The notes beneath the pieces were generated by a model that searched no databases, was not told where the DNA came from, and saw only the letters and a program-made list of their open reading frames with translations. A stretch of DNA of 56,606 nt, the filler included, from Sphacelaria rigidula (Eukaryota): NCBI GenBank assembly GCA_964200075.2. It is 7 parts of 7 records of this genome, joined end to end, with 100 filler letters (N's around TTAATTAATTAA, not from the genome) between each part and the next. Parts side by side here need not be neighbours in the genome. Positions count along the whole stretch, not along the records: positions 40,507 to 48,506 come from CAXNAA020012693.1; positions 48,607 to 56,606 come from CAXNAA020012694.1; 5 more parts are not named here. One strand, written 5' to 3'. The position numbers and the translations under genes were made by a program. This document shows positions 45,934 to 56,606 of the stretch, piece after piece (positions within the stretch are counted from its first letter, which is position 1; each line of letters starts with the position of its first letter).

Positions 45934-47584
45934 GTTATTCGAAATCATAAATATCCGAGAAACTTTCCATACCTACGAAGTGGTAAACTAACCTCGAAAC
46001 TTGACGCACTAGTCGGATACTACACAGGCAACACGTGCACCAGTCGGCAGCACGTGTGTGCTGTGCTCAAAAACGAACGCAGCGACTAGCGATTTTGGGC
46101 AGTACCGCCCTCAAAACGGCTGTCCCGCAGCCCAAACTTCATCCGCCACCGTGAGTGCACGCATATCTGCACACGTTGGTACACTAAGTTCCGCATCTGG
46201 GCGGCTGCTGCGATGGTAACAACATCGATCTGTACCGGGACACCCTGTGGACAGTGATAATATGAAGAAAACTCATTTACATATCGTCTGTGGAGGCGGT
46301 CAGTTCGGGAGGCTCGGCCGTACGCGCGCTGTCGGCGCTGCAAACCGCTGAAACTCCGGCAAAATGTCTTGCGAACCACAGTCAACGGGTCCACGTCGCT
46401 GGAAATGGTTTGCGCGTGGCAGGAGTGCGCAGCGGCGTGAAACGAGGTCAGATTTGTTGCGCAAAAGAAGTGTGTTCTTGATTCTTTTGGCGCAAAACCA
46501 AAGCCCCTGAGGCCAACTTCAACGGGAGCCGTTCGAAAGTTTTTTGTTCAAAATATCATCGCGCTTTTTGCCTGCCGCGATCCTAAACGGGGACCAAAAA
46601 CACACTTTTATGGCCTAAAGTTGGCGTCGTACATGTATATTGAAGTTGGCGTGAATTAGGAGCTGTGCTCCCGCACAACAGCAGCCAGCAAAGACATGAC
46701 GGCTGCACACCCATTACGTGACTTGTCGAACTTTGTGTCAACGGCATTTGGTTCCCCCTCAAAATCTGTACAGACCGGGCCAGCAACAGTACAGTATCTC
46801 GGGCAATCTCGTGCGTAGATCAAACCGCGTTTGTAGGGTTCAAACGCACTACAGTCAATGCAACGACAAGCACAGCATAGAAATGATGGATGTGGGCACG
46901 AATCGCATTCTCCGTTTTACAAATGACACAACGCATTCAACGAACCATGATGGTGGCGCTTTCGGCGGTGTATAGACTTGTGCACCGAGCGGGGCACAAC
47001 AACACTGCAGCAGTTCAGCCCATCCTCAGCGCAGATCAAACCGTCTTTGCCGGGCATCACACTACCGTGCCAGCTACAGGACAGGAATGCTGGGTCTGCG
47101 CACAAAGACCTTGTTCGTTGCGAAAGACACAACATCCCACAAACACATACTGTGTTTTCAGCTTCGACGAGACAGCACTGCCTGCCAACTGCACTTGTTC
47201 GGAACACAACAGCACCACAGCAGTCCAGGTAAATCCGGCAGAGACCAGACAATTTTTTCAAGGTCTAAACACGCGACAGTGCAGTGACAGGTGCAGCACA
47301 TGAGAGAGCCGTGTGTGTGTGCTGCAGTGCAGTAAAACATGACGTGTCCCATTGTATTCGTTGTGCCAAATTTTGAGCAGGTCCTTGAGCGTTCAGGATC
47401 GTCTTCTGATTTTGAGCGCCTTGACGAAATTTAGGGCCCGTTCAAAATTTAGAGGGGGGGCACTTTGGTTTAAAAGTTGTCGCGATTTGTTCGATGGAAG
47501 TGGTTCTTGTTACCACCCGTCGAAAATTTTCGAAAATAAAATTTTGATTGGCTCCCTTCAGAGTCATCCTGAGGCCACTTCTTA

Positions 47585-47853
47585 GGCTACTTCTTATGTA
47601 CAAAAAAATAAACCCTGTTGAAGAGTGCATTTTTGACCCTTCCCCATCGTTTTTCGCCCGAAAAGAGGGCTACGCGGGCGTTGAAACCTTGGAATGACTT
47701 GCCATATATTTTTTTATAACTTGACCGTTTGTTATTGACAATGCAAGTCTGATCAAAAACGGAATTGTGACCAACGGAAAACGCAAAGGTGCTCTGGAAC
47801 GGTCTCGAAGAGTACAGTAAGTCATTCCAAGGTATCAACATCTGCCTAGCCCT
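47585..47853. mobile_element. Internally deleted and truncated copy of the 34249-34719 MITE
   Basis: TTA|GGCTACTTCTTATGTA...GTGCATTTTTGACCCTT and ACGGAAAACGCAAAGGTGCTCTGGAACGG...AAGTCATTCCAAGGT are shared. Confidence 0.8.
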
Positions 47854-48506
47854 TGTTTCGAGTAAAGTGTCGTACCGTGGGACCCTAGGGTAATGCGGTG
47901 CAGGACACTCCATCATTACAGTACATGATAATACCATGCGATAATACATGATGGCACAGTCGGTATTGCGAGAACAGTGAACAAACAGTGCGCGAGAAGA
48001 CTTCAGCAGTGCAGTGTCATATATTACCCTGCAAGTACAGCAAAAGTATAGTAGTCAGCATCAGAAGTTTTCAGAATTCGTATTTGTCTTTTTTTCTGAG
48101 CTTTTCTGGAGTGCCGTTCTTCTTGCTACTTGGAAGTGCTAGCGCCGGTAGATTTAGGGGAAAAGCGTAGGCCGCGCTCAAACTGCAGTGCTCACATTGG
48201 TGTTTTCGGGGCGATACGGACTTGATACCCCGTTTTTCAGGAGGGTGTCATTGACCGTTTTTGGTCCAATGTAAGCAGTTTTGCCGCTCTTCAGCGACGA
48301 AATGGTGAATATTCAGATAAAATAACACGTATAAAAATCTTCACAATAACGATCGAGATCGTGTTTCCCTCCTGTACTGCACAGACCTCAGTCTAGCATT
48401 TTCTGCGGATGGCCTATTTTCGTTTTTTTTTCGCGTAACATTTTCCATGAGCACTCGAAAGTGCTAGCGTCGATAGTTGTGGAAAAATAAGCAAACCGTG
48501 CTCACA

Positions 48507-48606
48507 NNNNNNNNNNNNNNNNNNNNNNNNNNNNNNNNNNNNNNNNNNNNTTAATTAATTAANNNNNNNNNNNNNNNNNNNNNNNNNNNNNNNNNNNNNN
48601 NNNNNN
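48507..48606. other. Artificial contig spacer
   Basis: 44 N + TTAATTAATTAA + 44 N. Confidence 0.98.
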
Positions 48607-49770
48607 CCCCCCCCCCTGTGAGGGCCTGATCCCACGAAAACCCGCCGTCCCTGTCCCGGCTTTGTAGAACCGGACCCCCTACGAGGTTTGGCGTCCGTGG
48701 GCAATGATGCTGCGGGACGTCACTTACTGCGTAAGCCAGGCACCAGAGTACCCATATTTTTTGGGCGCTCGTGTTTTTTTTGCGGTAACCATGATTATAG
48801 ACGAGCCAGGTCATATTGTGCCGGGTGGGAGAACCTCCATTCCGCGAACAGGGGATGATCATACAACGCGGTGTTTATATGGTGAGACACCCATGAGGCA
48901 GCGTGTAAGCCGTTACGGTCTCTGGAAGTGGCGATACCAGAAAATGGAGCAACTCATTGGAGGCTGTCATCCAAATGTAACATAAATCAGTACGCTTTGG
49001 GCCGAAAAATCTTGACAGGATGCAGCTCACCCATCATGCGACTCGCCGAACGCACCACGACACTTTGCGCTTGGTGACTGATTGCGAGCCTTGTCCGACG
49101 GAAACCCGGCGTGCTCCGTGTTGGCTTCGTAGGGGTACGAGGTCAGCAGTCAAGTGTCTATGGCATGCAACATCGTGAGTACACACCCTCTAAAGGTTGG
49201 CACCGGTTGGCAACCACACTGTGAAACAACATCACTCGCAGCTGAAGGCTGCCAGGTGATCGGCTTTTTTCATTCACGTTTTTTTGCCCTAACCATGATG
49301 GTGGCCGAGCTAGATTTCTTTGACCGCAGTAGGAGAACCTTAACTCCGCGCAGAAGGGATGACATTACTAGAGATATCTCAACCTCGAGGTCCCCGGTAT
49401 ATATCACAGCAATTCACAGTGAAGTATACCGGGAACCTCGAGTTTGAGACACCTGAAATGCTTGGTTTGTGAATGGTGAGACACCCATGAGGCAGTGTGT
49501 AGCCCGAGGCTGTCTCTAGTAGTGGGGGTACGAGAGAAAGAAGCAATTCATTTGAGACTGTCATCCGTATGCAAGATATTCAGTACGTTTTGGACCGAAC
49601 AATCGTGGCAGGATGCAACTCATGCTCCATGCGACTCGCCGAACACACCACGGCGCTTCGCGCTTGGTGATGGCGAGCCTGGTTCGGCGGAAACCCGGCG
49701 TGCTCCGTCTTGGCTTTGTAGGGATGCAAGTCTGATGGTCATATGGCCACGGCATGCAAGATCATGAACC
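48607..49770 (+). repeat. Two adjacent family A copies at a contig start
   Basis: The motif AAACCCGGCGTGCTCCGT..GGCTTTGTAGGG occurs near 48638, 49102 and 49691; CATGCGACTCGCCGAAC.CACCACG.C.CTT.GCGCTTGGTGA occurs at 49035 and 49628. Confidence 0.85.
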
Positions 49771-49827
49771 CTTCCACCTCCCGTCCCCCACCTGCCTCTC
49801 TTCCCCACTCCCTGTAAATTTCAATAG

Positions 49828-50043
49828 CATCACCGAAGAGGAATGAGCACGTCGAGCGTGGACATGGTAGGCGGGGAGACGGACAACTCCTCCAACCCCT
49901 CCACGGCGGCAACCGCACCAACAGTAGGCAGTGACAGTAACGCCTCCGTTGCAACATCCGATCCCACGTCGGATAATAACGACAGTAACAACGACGAGAA
50001 CAACGGCGGTGCTGTTTCAAGGGAGGCGTTGGCCGCTAACCAG
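49828..50043 (+). CDS. Penultimate exon of an unknown low-complexity (Ser/Asn/Thr-rich) protein
   Basis: Pyrimidine tract with acceptor TTCAATAG|CAT and donor CAG|GTAAGG, phase 0-0, compatible with the exon starting at 51325. Confidence 0.6.
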
Positions 50044-50807
50044 GTAAGGATCCTCATGAGGTCTGCTAGTTGAGTGGGGTGGTTGGAAACAGTCGGGGCG
50101 AGTCGAGCTGAAGTCGTACGGAAGGATTGGCTGCATACTTTTGACTGCATGCACGAGGCGGTGGTGTTCCACAAGTGCTCGCCAGTTGTGCCGGTGTCTT
50201 CGTCGGTAACCGCAAAATTGTGACGGTTGGAACACGGGTTCGGCTGTCGGTGCTTGAAACATGATCTGGGATTTCTTCTTACCTCATGCCCAACTGTGGA
50301 GAGCGACGACGTCGTGGGTACTCTCAAATTCGACTTGACGGACGACGCGGGAAAGGGATTGCCCAATCCTTCTCGTGATTCGAAGCAAGGTAAGCACCGC
50401 TAGAGGAAGGTGGAGTACTGAAAACAAAGTAAATAAATCTATGTCGACCTTCCTCCTGTGTAACCCTGGTTGATGCACACATATATACTGAAAATAGGTG
50501 TAGACTGGCGTCCAGAAAATACGAGATGGCGGCACACACGCACGCACGCACGCACACACACACGCCGTCTTTGAGTGTCCGTAGGTGGATCTCGGCGTCT
50601 CACGTCATGTGTGGTCGAAGTACAGGGTAGCACATGGTGATTCTGATTCAACAGATGAAACACACCCGGGCGTGTCAGAGGTTGAAGCAGAATCACCCCT
50701 AGTCGTGAGAGCTCCCATCTCCTTGTAGCATTACGGTGCGTGTGTGGTTTTACTCGTTCGTGCTTTTTGGGATATAGACGTTTGTAACAAAGCACACCTG
50801 GAAGGGG

Positions 50808-51115
50808 AGGGGTGTAGTCACATGATGTTGCATGCCGTCGTCATCTTACCATTGACCTCACATCCCTACGAAGCCGGGACGGAGCTCGCCGGGGTTTTGG
50901 CCGGACCGCGCTCGCGATCAATTACCACGCGCGAAGCGCCGTGGTGTGTTCGGCGAGTCGCATGAAGGAAGAACAGCATCCTGCCAATATTGTTCGGCCC
51001 AAAGCATACTGATCATGTTGCAGTTTGATGACTGTCTCCTATGATTTGCTCCATTTTCTGCTGTCACCACTCCCAGAGACAGTCATGACTTACACACTGC
51101 CTCATGGGTGTCTCA
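50808..51115 (-). repeat. Family A copy (inverted, intronic)
   Basis: GCGCGAAGCGCCGTGGTGTGTTCGGCGAGTCGCATGAAGG and CACACTGCCTCATGGGTGTCTCA are reverse complements of family A segments. Confidence 0.8.
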
Positions 51116-51324
51116 TGAGAGGCTTATAGGGGGAGGGGGAGGGCGGGGGGCGGGTGAATTTCACAGCCATCACAAAAATGACTTGCTTTAGCTTTTCGCT
51201 GAAGTTCGTTTTTTTTTCGGACCCAAACGATGCAAGATATATATTTTTTTAATTCTTGTTTTGCGCTCGCTGCACTCTTCGTGTGCATGTTGTGGACTCA
51301 CATTCCCCTCGTTTCCTATGACAG

Positions 51325-51921
51325 GGATCGTCATCACCGTCGTTATCATCCAAGAACACAACAGCAAACAGCTGCATGGCCAACCAGCGGCCAACAGTCG
51401 GCAGCGCCGCCGGCGCCCCGGTGGTTCCTCCGGTCTCCGTCAAGGACAACAATAATAACAGCAACAACGGAAGTCAGGTTTCCGCGACCGCGGATGCGGC
51501 GGCAATGCCTCCGCCTCGAACACCGAGTTCTCGTGGGCGGGAAGAGCTGGGGTTGGTTGAGCAGCTGACGAACATGGTGGAGGTGTTCGATATCTGCGAT
51601 CTGCTCCGTCGCGTGTCGACTTCCGGCCGACCCCTCGACAAGGAGGGGAACAAGCTGACGAGTCCCTTTGGGGGGAGTTCCGCGAGCAGCCGGCAGGGGT
51701 CCTCTCAGCACTTGAGGCAGATGAGCGTGGACACCGATGCGGGAGTTCCCGTGTCGCCTGCGGGTCGAGATGGGTCCACTGGTGGCTTGCCAAGTTTGGC
51801 GTCCATGGAGCTCATGCGAGACTCGAGTAGAGATTGGGATACGCTTATGGCCGGATCGGCTGATGTCAGTGACATCGGCAACACTATGGTTCAGAGCGTG
51901 GCCGAGTTTTTCTCCTTCTGA
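51325..51921 (+). CDS. Terminal exon of the unknown protein, ending DWDTLMAG...VQSVAEFFSF*
   Basis: Acceptor TTTCCTATGACAG|GGA in phase 0; 198 codons with GC3-rich coding bias; TGA is followed by pyrimidine-rich 3'UTR-like sequence. Confidence 0.7.
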   Translation, partial: GSSSPSLSSKNTTANSCMANQRPTVGSAAGAPVVPPVSVKDNNNNSNNGSQVSATADAAAMPPPRTPSSRGREELGLVEQLTNMVEVFDICDLLRRVSTSGRPLDKEGNKLTSPFGGSSASSRQGSSQHLRQMSVDTDAGVPVSPAGRDGSTGGLPSLASMELMRDSSRDWDTLMAGSADVSDIGNTMVQSVAEFFSF

Positions 51922-54900
51922 TTCTTTTCCTTGTACCCCCCCCGCTCCCCCTGCTTCGCCTTCTACGTGCTTTTTACTCTATTTCGGTCTGCTCTTTCGT
52001 CATCCGATTTTTCATTTCGAGTGGCGTTTGAGGTAAGACGAGGTCAGTTAAGTCGAGTTGAGTCCATGATGGATGCTGGTAGAGGCGCCACCTTTTTTTG
52101 TTCTTTTGCTCCTGATGTTGTCGGATTGTAGGATGGATTTTGGTTCTTCAGGGAGAGAGAGGGAAAGACGCACGGAATGCGCGCGCCACTGCTACTGTGC
52201 TGTGTTTGATGTGTGTCTGTTGGCTAATGTATGATGCTACAGGATCGACGGAGACGTGCCCAGAAAATTGTGCAAGGCCTCTGAAGAAAGGCGGGCAGGG
52301 GGAGGGGGGGGAAGCACAGAGAAGGCTGCTGTACGCGATTATTTTTTCACTTCTCCTCTTGACTTGACCCCCTTCTTTTCGTGAGGAGCATATCTTCCTT
52401 CGCGTCCATGTGTTCTGATTTTGTGTGGTTGGATACGAAACGGGTGTCTTGGTGAAGAACTGTCACCATGTGGAACATTCAGATGGAAGTGTAAAGTAAC
52501 AAGTGAGTAGAATACGCTCATGCAATGTTGTGGGCGTGGGCGGACATGATTCGTGCTTTTTCTTGTGGGCACTCGATGTGTGCTGTGCCTGTATGTCTAT
52601 GTACTTTGTATTGCCCCCCCCCCTCCCGCTCCCCTTCGTACCGTGTATACCCACCCTCGTCCCGTGATGCACGGTTTACCTCCTGGTACAGTCGGTCCGC
52701 AACGAGTTTGGTCGTTGCGTTCAGTGGCGGTTTGATTCACGCGACCGCCATTTTGAGTCATGAGTGGAGTGATGGATACGTCAAGTCAACAACCGTCGCA
52801 CTCGGGAGGGTGTTGGCAGTACCCGGGTACTCCAACGTACATTAGGGGGTATCGACTGCCGAAAACGCGGAGTATTTCAGGTTGTACCTGGGGTATGCGG
52901 GCCCCCCTCCCCCCTGAGTACCCGCGGAACATGTGGCCTCGGTTGACGGTACCCGTGCCTGATGTTGACTGCACCGTCACGTTCCACTCGCGTCGTGGAT
53001 GGTGTATGGATGATGGCCCTGTCGGCCATGTGACACCCGGCATCTCCTGTCTGAAGAGATCGGAACGGAGCGCGATTTGGCAACTTTTTCGCCGTTTATC
53101 TTCGCATTTTACGGATCTCACCCAAGAAGGCTGGAGCAAGACAGGAGGTGGGGCTGCAAACTGTCTTTGGGAAAATTTTCCTTTGGAAGCGTCATTGTTG
53201 AAAAAACCCCAGAAAGAACGTCGTGTTCAATTGAGGTGTGTGTCGTGAACTCTGATGGGCTGCAAACCACTTTTTTTTTTTGCTTTTTTTTGCTTTTTTT
53301 CGCTTCTTGTTTTTTGCCCATCCTTGTTGCTTTCTCTCTACTTGAATTATGTTCTTGATTTCCAGATACTTCTTGATAACTCTATGCGGTTCTGTGCTCG
53401 CTCCTCCCCCTATTTTTTTATTTCTCGAGACTGATCCGAGTTGGGCTGTTGACTTGGACTTGATGTCGCCTTGCTTTTTTTTTTGAAAATATTCTGGGCG
53501 GGGCGTGGCGGGGCGGGGCAAGAGGGGCAAGAGGGGGGCTGTGTGTTTACGTTTCTGTGTGTGAGTGCGAGCGTGTTCATGTATGTCATCGGTGTAGTGG
53601 CCTTTTGGGGTTCCCCGCTTTGTGGATATGTTTTTACCGCTGCACTTGTGCATGTGCAGTCAAAATTTGAACGTTGAATCCTGTCTCTTTTTCGCGCTCC
53701 ATAGAATCTTGTATGTTGTATGTTGTATCTTGGTACTGGTGAGTGCGTGTGCTGGTCCCGCCTGTAATGCTTAGTTGAGAACGAATTATGTGCTTCCATG
53801 ATGACTTGAGTTTGAACAAGGGACAAGGGTGCGCGGGGGCGGAGCGGGAAGGGGGGGGGAAGGAATGAAACATCCCAACCCCCTACGTTTGCGTACGTCC
53901 CGGAGGTGTCATCGTGTTTATTTTTTTTGCAAGGACTGATTACGAAATTGTCTGAGACTGCAGTTTTTTCGCGAAAAGGGGCGAGACGAATTAGGGCATG
54001 AGGGGGAGGAGGTGGCCTTGAGCAAGGGTGTCTCGAGGTGCACGTCGGGCTACGTGAGAACTGGGAGCAGACCGTTCATGTGCTTGGCTTGGTAGCTTCG
54101 GAGCGGTATGGCACATGCTGCAAGTTCTCCAATGGCAAGAAGAGAATGATGAGGGAAAGTTTTTCCCAGCAAGAAAAAACATCTTGCAAGCCAAGCTTCA
54201 CGTGCGTGCGACTTGCGGTATATTATCCACTTGTTTATTCTATGCTCAGGGCGCCAAAATAATAACATTTTTTTTCTGTTCCGTGGGTCATAACTATTTT
54301 TCCCTTCATTTCGCTGGCAAAATATATAAATATATATTTTTTTTTGGGGGGGGGGGAGGAGGGGGGGGCAAGGAAAAGGAGGAGTGAAAAAACGGGTGAA
54401 ATGCACTTTTTTTTCTACAACGTTTTAACTACTACTACCATGGTCCGTCTAAACTGTTCGTTGGTTGTTGTTGGAAATGTTTGTGAGGTTTGGTATCTTT
54501 CAAGCCGCTGTTGTTGCTCTCTACTCCATTTTCCCGAATAGTACTCCGGTACCTACTATGGTGGTGCGTTCCATGATGGTGTTGGTGTCAGTCGTGACAA
54601 CCACAGACATGCTCCACAAGCGTGCGCACTCTGTTGTCGACTTGTGTCGTTTGATCTAGTATCATGCGTATATTGCGCTTGTTCGGAGGGGGTTCGCTTG
54701 GTCAACGATAGCTCACGATACGAGCAGTCGAAGAATCACGGAAATAAAATTGTACAGAGTATTTTTTTATTTTGTAGATTGAGATGGTGGCGTTGGGAGG
54801 AAAAATAAAATAAAAAGAAACGGCAGGTGATACTGTCGAATGTATAAGTAGTTGAGTGGTGATGGCGTAGATGGCAAGCGAGTCTCAAGTCAAACAAATC

Positions 54901-55539
54901 CTGTTTTTCGAAGACTGATGCGTCGTGCTTTTAATAATAGGAAAATGAATATTGATTGATTTCTTCATTTGAGCTTTTTTATTTTATTATTCTCTCCTCT
55001 TTTCCGAGGCTGCTTGTCATTGTCCCCGGTACGTTTTTGCTTCGTGTGCTGTCGACGGAGATGGAGGGGGGGGGCGTGATTTTCTCGCACAAACCCTGCC
55101 GTGGCTACACCGAGCCCTCTCCCATGAAGATGTGATTTAAACCCCGGTTCGTTTCACCAGTACTATCTTACCTAACCCTAATTCTGTGGAGGGGAAGGAG
55201 AGGGGGGGAGGGGGGGGGGAGAATAACACTAGTTATTTTGTACACGGTTTTGATCAAAGAAAATTCGTCCGAAGGAAAGGAAAGCGGTCGACTGCCGTCC
55301 CTATTTCTTCGATTTTCGGGGAGCGGTCGAAGGCGCTTTTTTGCTTCATTTGAGCCAGAAACGTTCGGGGGAGTACGACTTTAGCTAACCCGTTCGCCGC
55401 CAGGGTGGGGATCCTCGGTTCAAATGGTATCACTTGCACATGACGCGTTCTGCGATAACCCCCCACCCGAAAAAGAAGGGTGACTGGTTTTGACTGGTTT
55501 TGGCAAGGCGAAATACACGTGAATCGGAATGAAGAAAGC

Positions 55540-55711
55540 CAAGCACAACGAGCTGCTGAGAAATCCCCCACGCTTGGGTTCGTTTTAGCCACTGTCGGCC
55601 GTATGAGGCGCTTCATGTAGGCTGAAACCAAACATGAGGCGCCGCATGACCCCTTTTCTCGTTACAGTTTGGGTTGGTTTTGGGAGGGGCGTCATCGTAG
55701 AGAGTGTCACG
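55540..55711 (+). repeat. Family D copy
   Basis: Colinear with 10955-11120. Confidence 0.75.
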
Positions 55712-56445
55712 TGAAGAATAATAACTGATACCCAGATCACGCACCTTGGTGGATCAAAGAGTTGAATGTGTACGTGCCGCTCGCGGCGAGTGTTTTTCTT
55801 CGGAAGATTGCGCAAATAGTCATCACGCCGGGATGTTTCGAGCCCTAGAAGAGTCTCGAGGACAGAGGGTTCTCCACGATTTTTTCCCCCCATATTCAGA
55901 CCTGTCGCACGTTTCCAGCAACGGATTTGTTTCCGAGACACGAACGGGTCAACTTCACCTACTGCAAACAGCATCCCCTCTTTCATTATTTTACGAGATG
56001 TCTGAAAAAACTCGGGCAGCATTGTCTTCACCACTGAGGGAAGCCGGGGACAACACGTTATTTCACTCAGGAACGCCCGTTTAAAAGCTAACGAAGGAGG
56101 AGATGAATTCCAGAATCATGTTGCCAAACAAGGAAACACTTTTGCCTGCAGTCACGATTAGTTCATTGTATGGGACTTGTAGACGGGTGCAACAGCATGC
56201 GCGATGAGCAAAAGGCAACTGAGCTGTTGGGTTAGGCGTGGCAAGGTGTTGAAGCGCGCGACAACACGGTCATAGGAATTTCACACAGGTATGTCACGAT
56301 AGTAGTCCGAAGAAAACGGGATCTTACAAATTGAGGATGGATCTTTTACGAGCTGGGCCAGCCTAGAGGCGGATTTGAAGTTTGCAGACCCATGCTCTTT
56401 TATACATTTAGAGTTGGGCCCTGAAATTTGGTATGGACAGAGCAT

Positions 56446-56597
56446 AGGGCATAAGAGAAAAAATTACTGAAGTACAAAACTTTTTTTTTTCATGAGTTAA
56501 GGGCAATAATCGGTTTTCAGGTATCACCAAAATGCCCTTAACTCATGAAAAAAAAAAAACTCTTTTGGTACTTCCGTCGTTTTTCTTCTTATGCCCT
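56446..56597. mobile_element. Foldback/MITE-like hairpin near the window end
   Basis: AGGGCATAAGA..GAAGTAC..TTTTTTTTTTCATGAGTTAAGGGCA pairs with TGCCCTTAACTCATGAAAAAAAAAA..GTACTTC..TCTTATGCCCT. Confidence 0.7.
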
Positions 56598-56606
56598 CTT
56601 TACTTT

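Noticed and set aside
50302-50389. Extra exon SDDVVGTLKFDLTDDAGKGLPNPSRDSKQ with a strong GTAAGC donor
   Set aside because: Only a weak GAG acceptor is available, and it ends in phase 1, incompatible with the phase-0 exon at 51325; it cannot be excluded without RNA data.

Overview
Eukaryotic nuclear DNA, most likely from a brown alga or related stramenopile. This is inferred from long introns, GT-AG exons with pyrimidine-rich acceptors, TTAGGG-type repeats and the protein families present. The window is not one locus. It is seven unrelated contigs of 8002, 8001, 8001, 8001, 8001, 8000 and 8000 bp, joined by identical 100-bp artificial spacers (44 N + TTAATTAATTAA + 44 N). Gene content reconstructed by splicing exons by eye: (1) a 1.87-kb Lys/Asp/Gly-rich exon with a higher-order tandem repeat; (2) five phase-compatible exons of a CHAT (caspase-like) domain + STAND/NB-ARC-type P-loop NTPase gene in which the catalytic Cys is replaced by Ala; (3) the last three exons of a nuclear, intron-containing SecA; (4) an apparently complete two-exon 681-aa NBR1-like gene (PB1 + RGG/His-rich repeats + FW domain, no ZZ or UBA seen), plus a 5'-truncated LINE ORF2; (5) a contig with no recognisable gene; (6) a GAF-domain exon and an AT-rich organelle-like insert with a tRNA-like remnant; (7) the last two exons of an unknown low-complexity protein. 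The rest is rich in non-autonomous elements: several foldback/MITE-like elements, a TIR element filled with hairpin-forming 41-bp units, a TTAGGG-tailed hairpin element, (AATC)n-tailed retroposon ends, and a high-copy repeat that sits at four contig ends. No CRISPR arrays, rRNA genes or intact tRNA genes were found.
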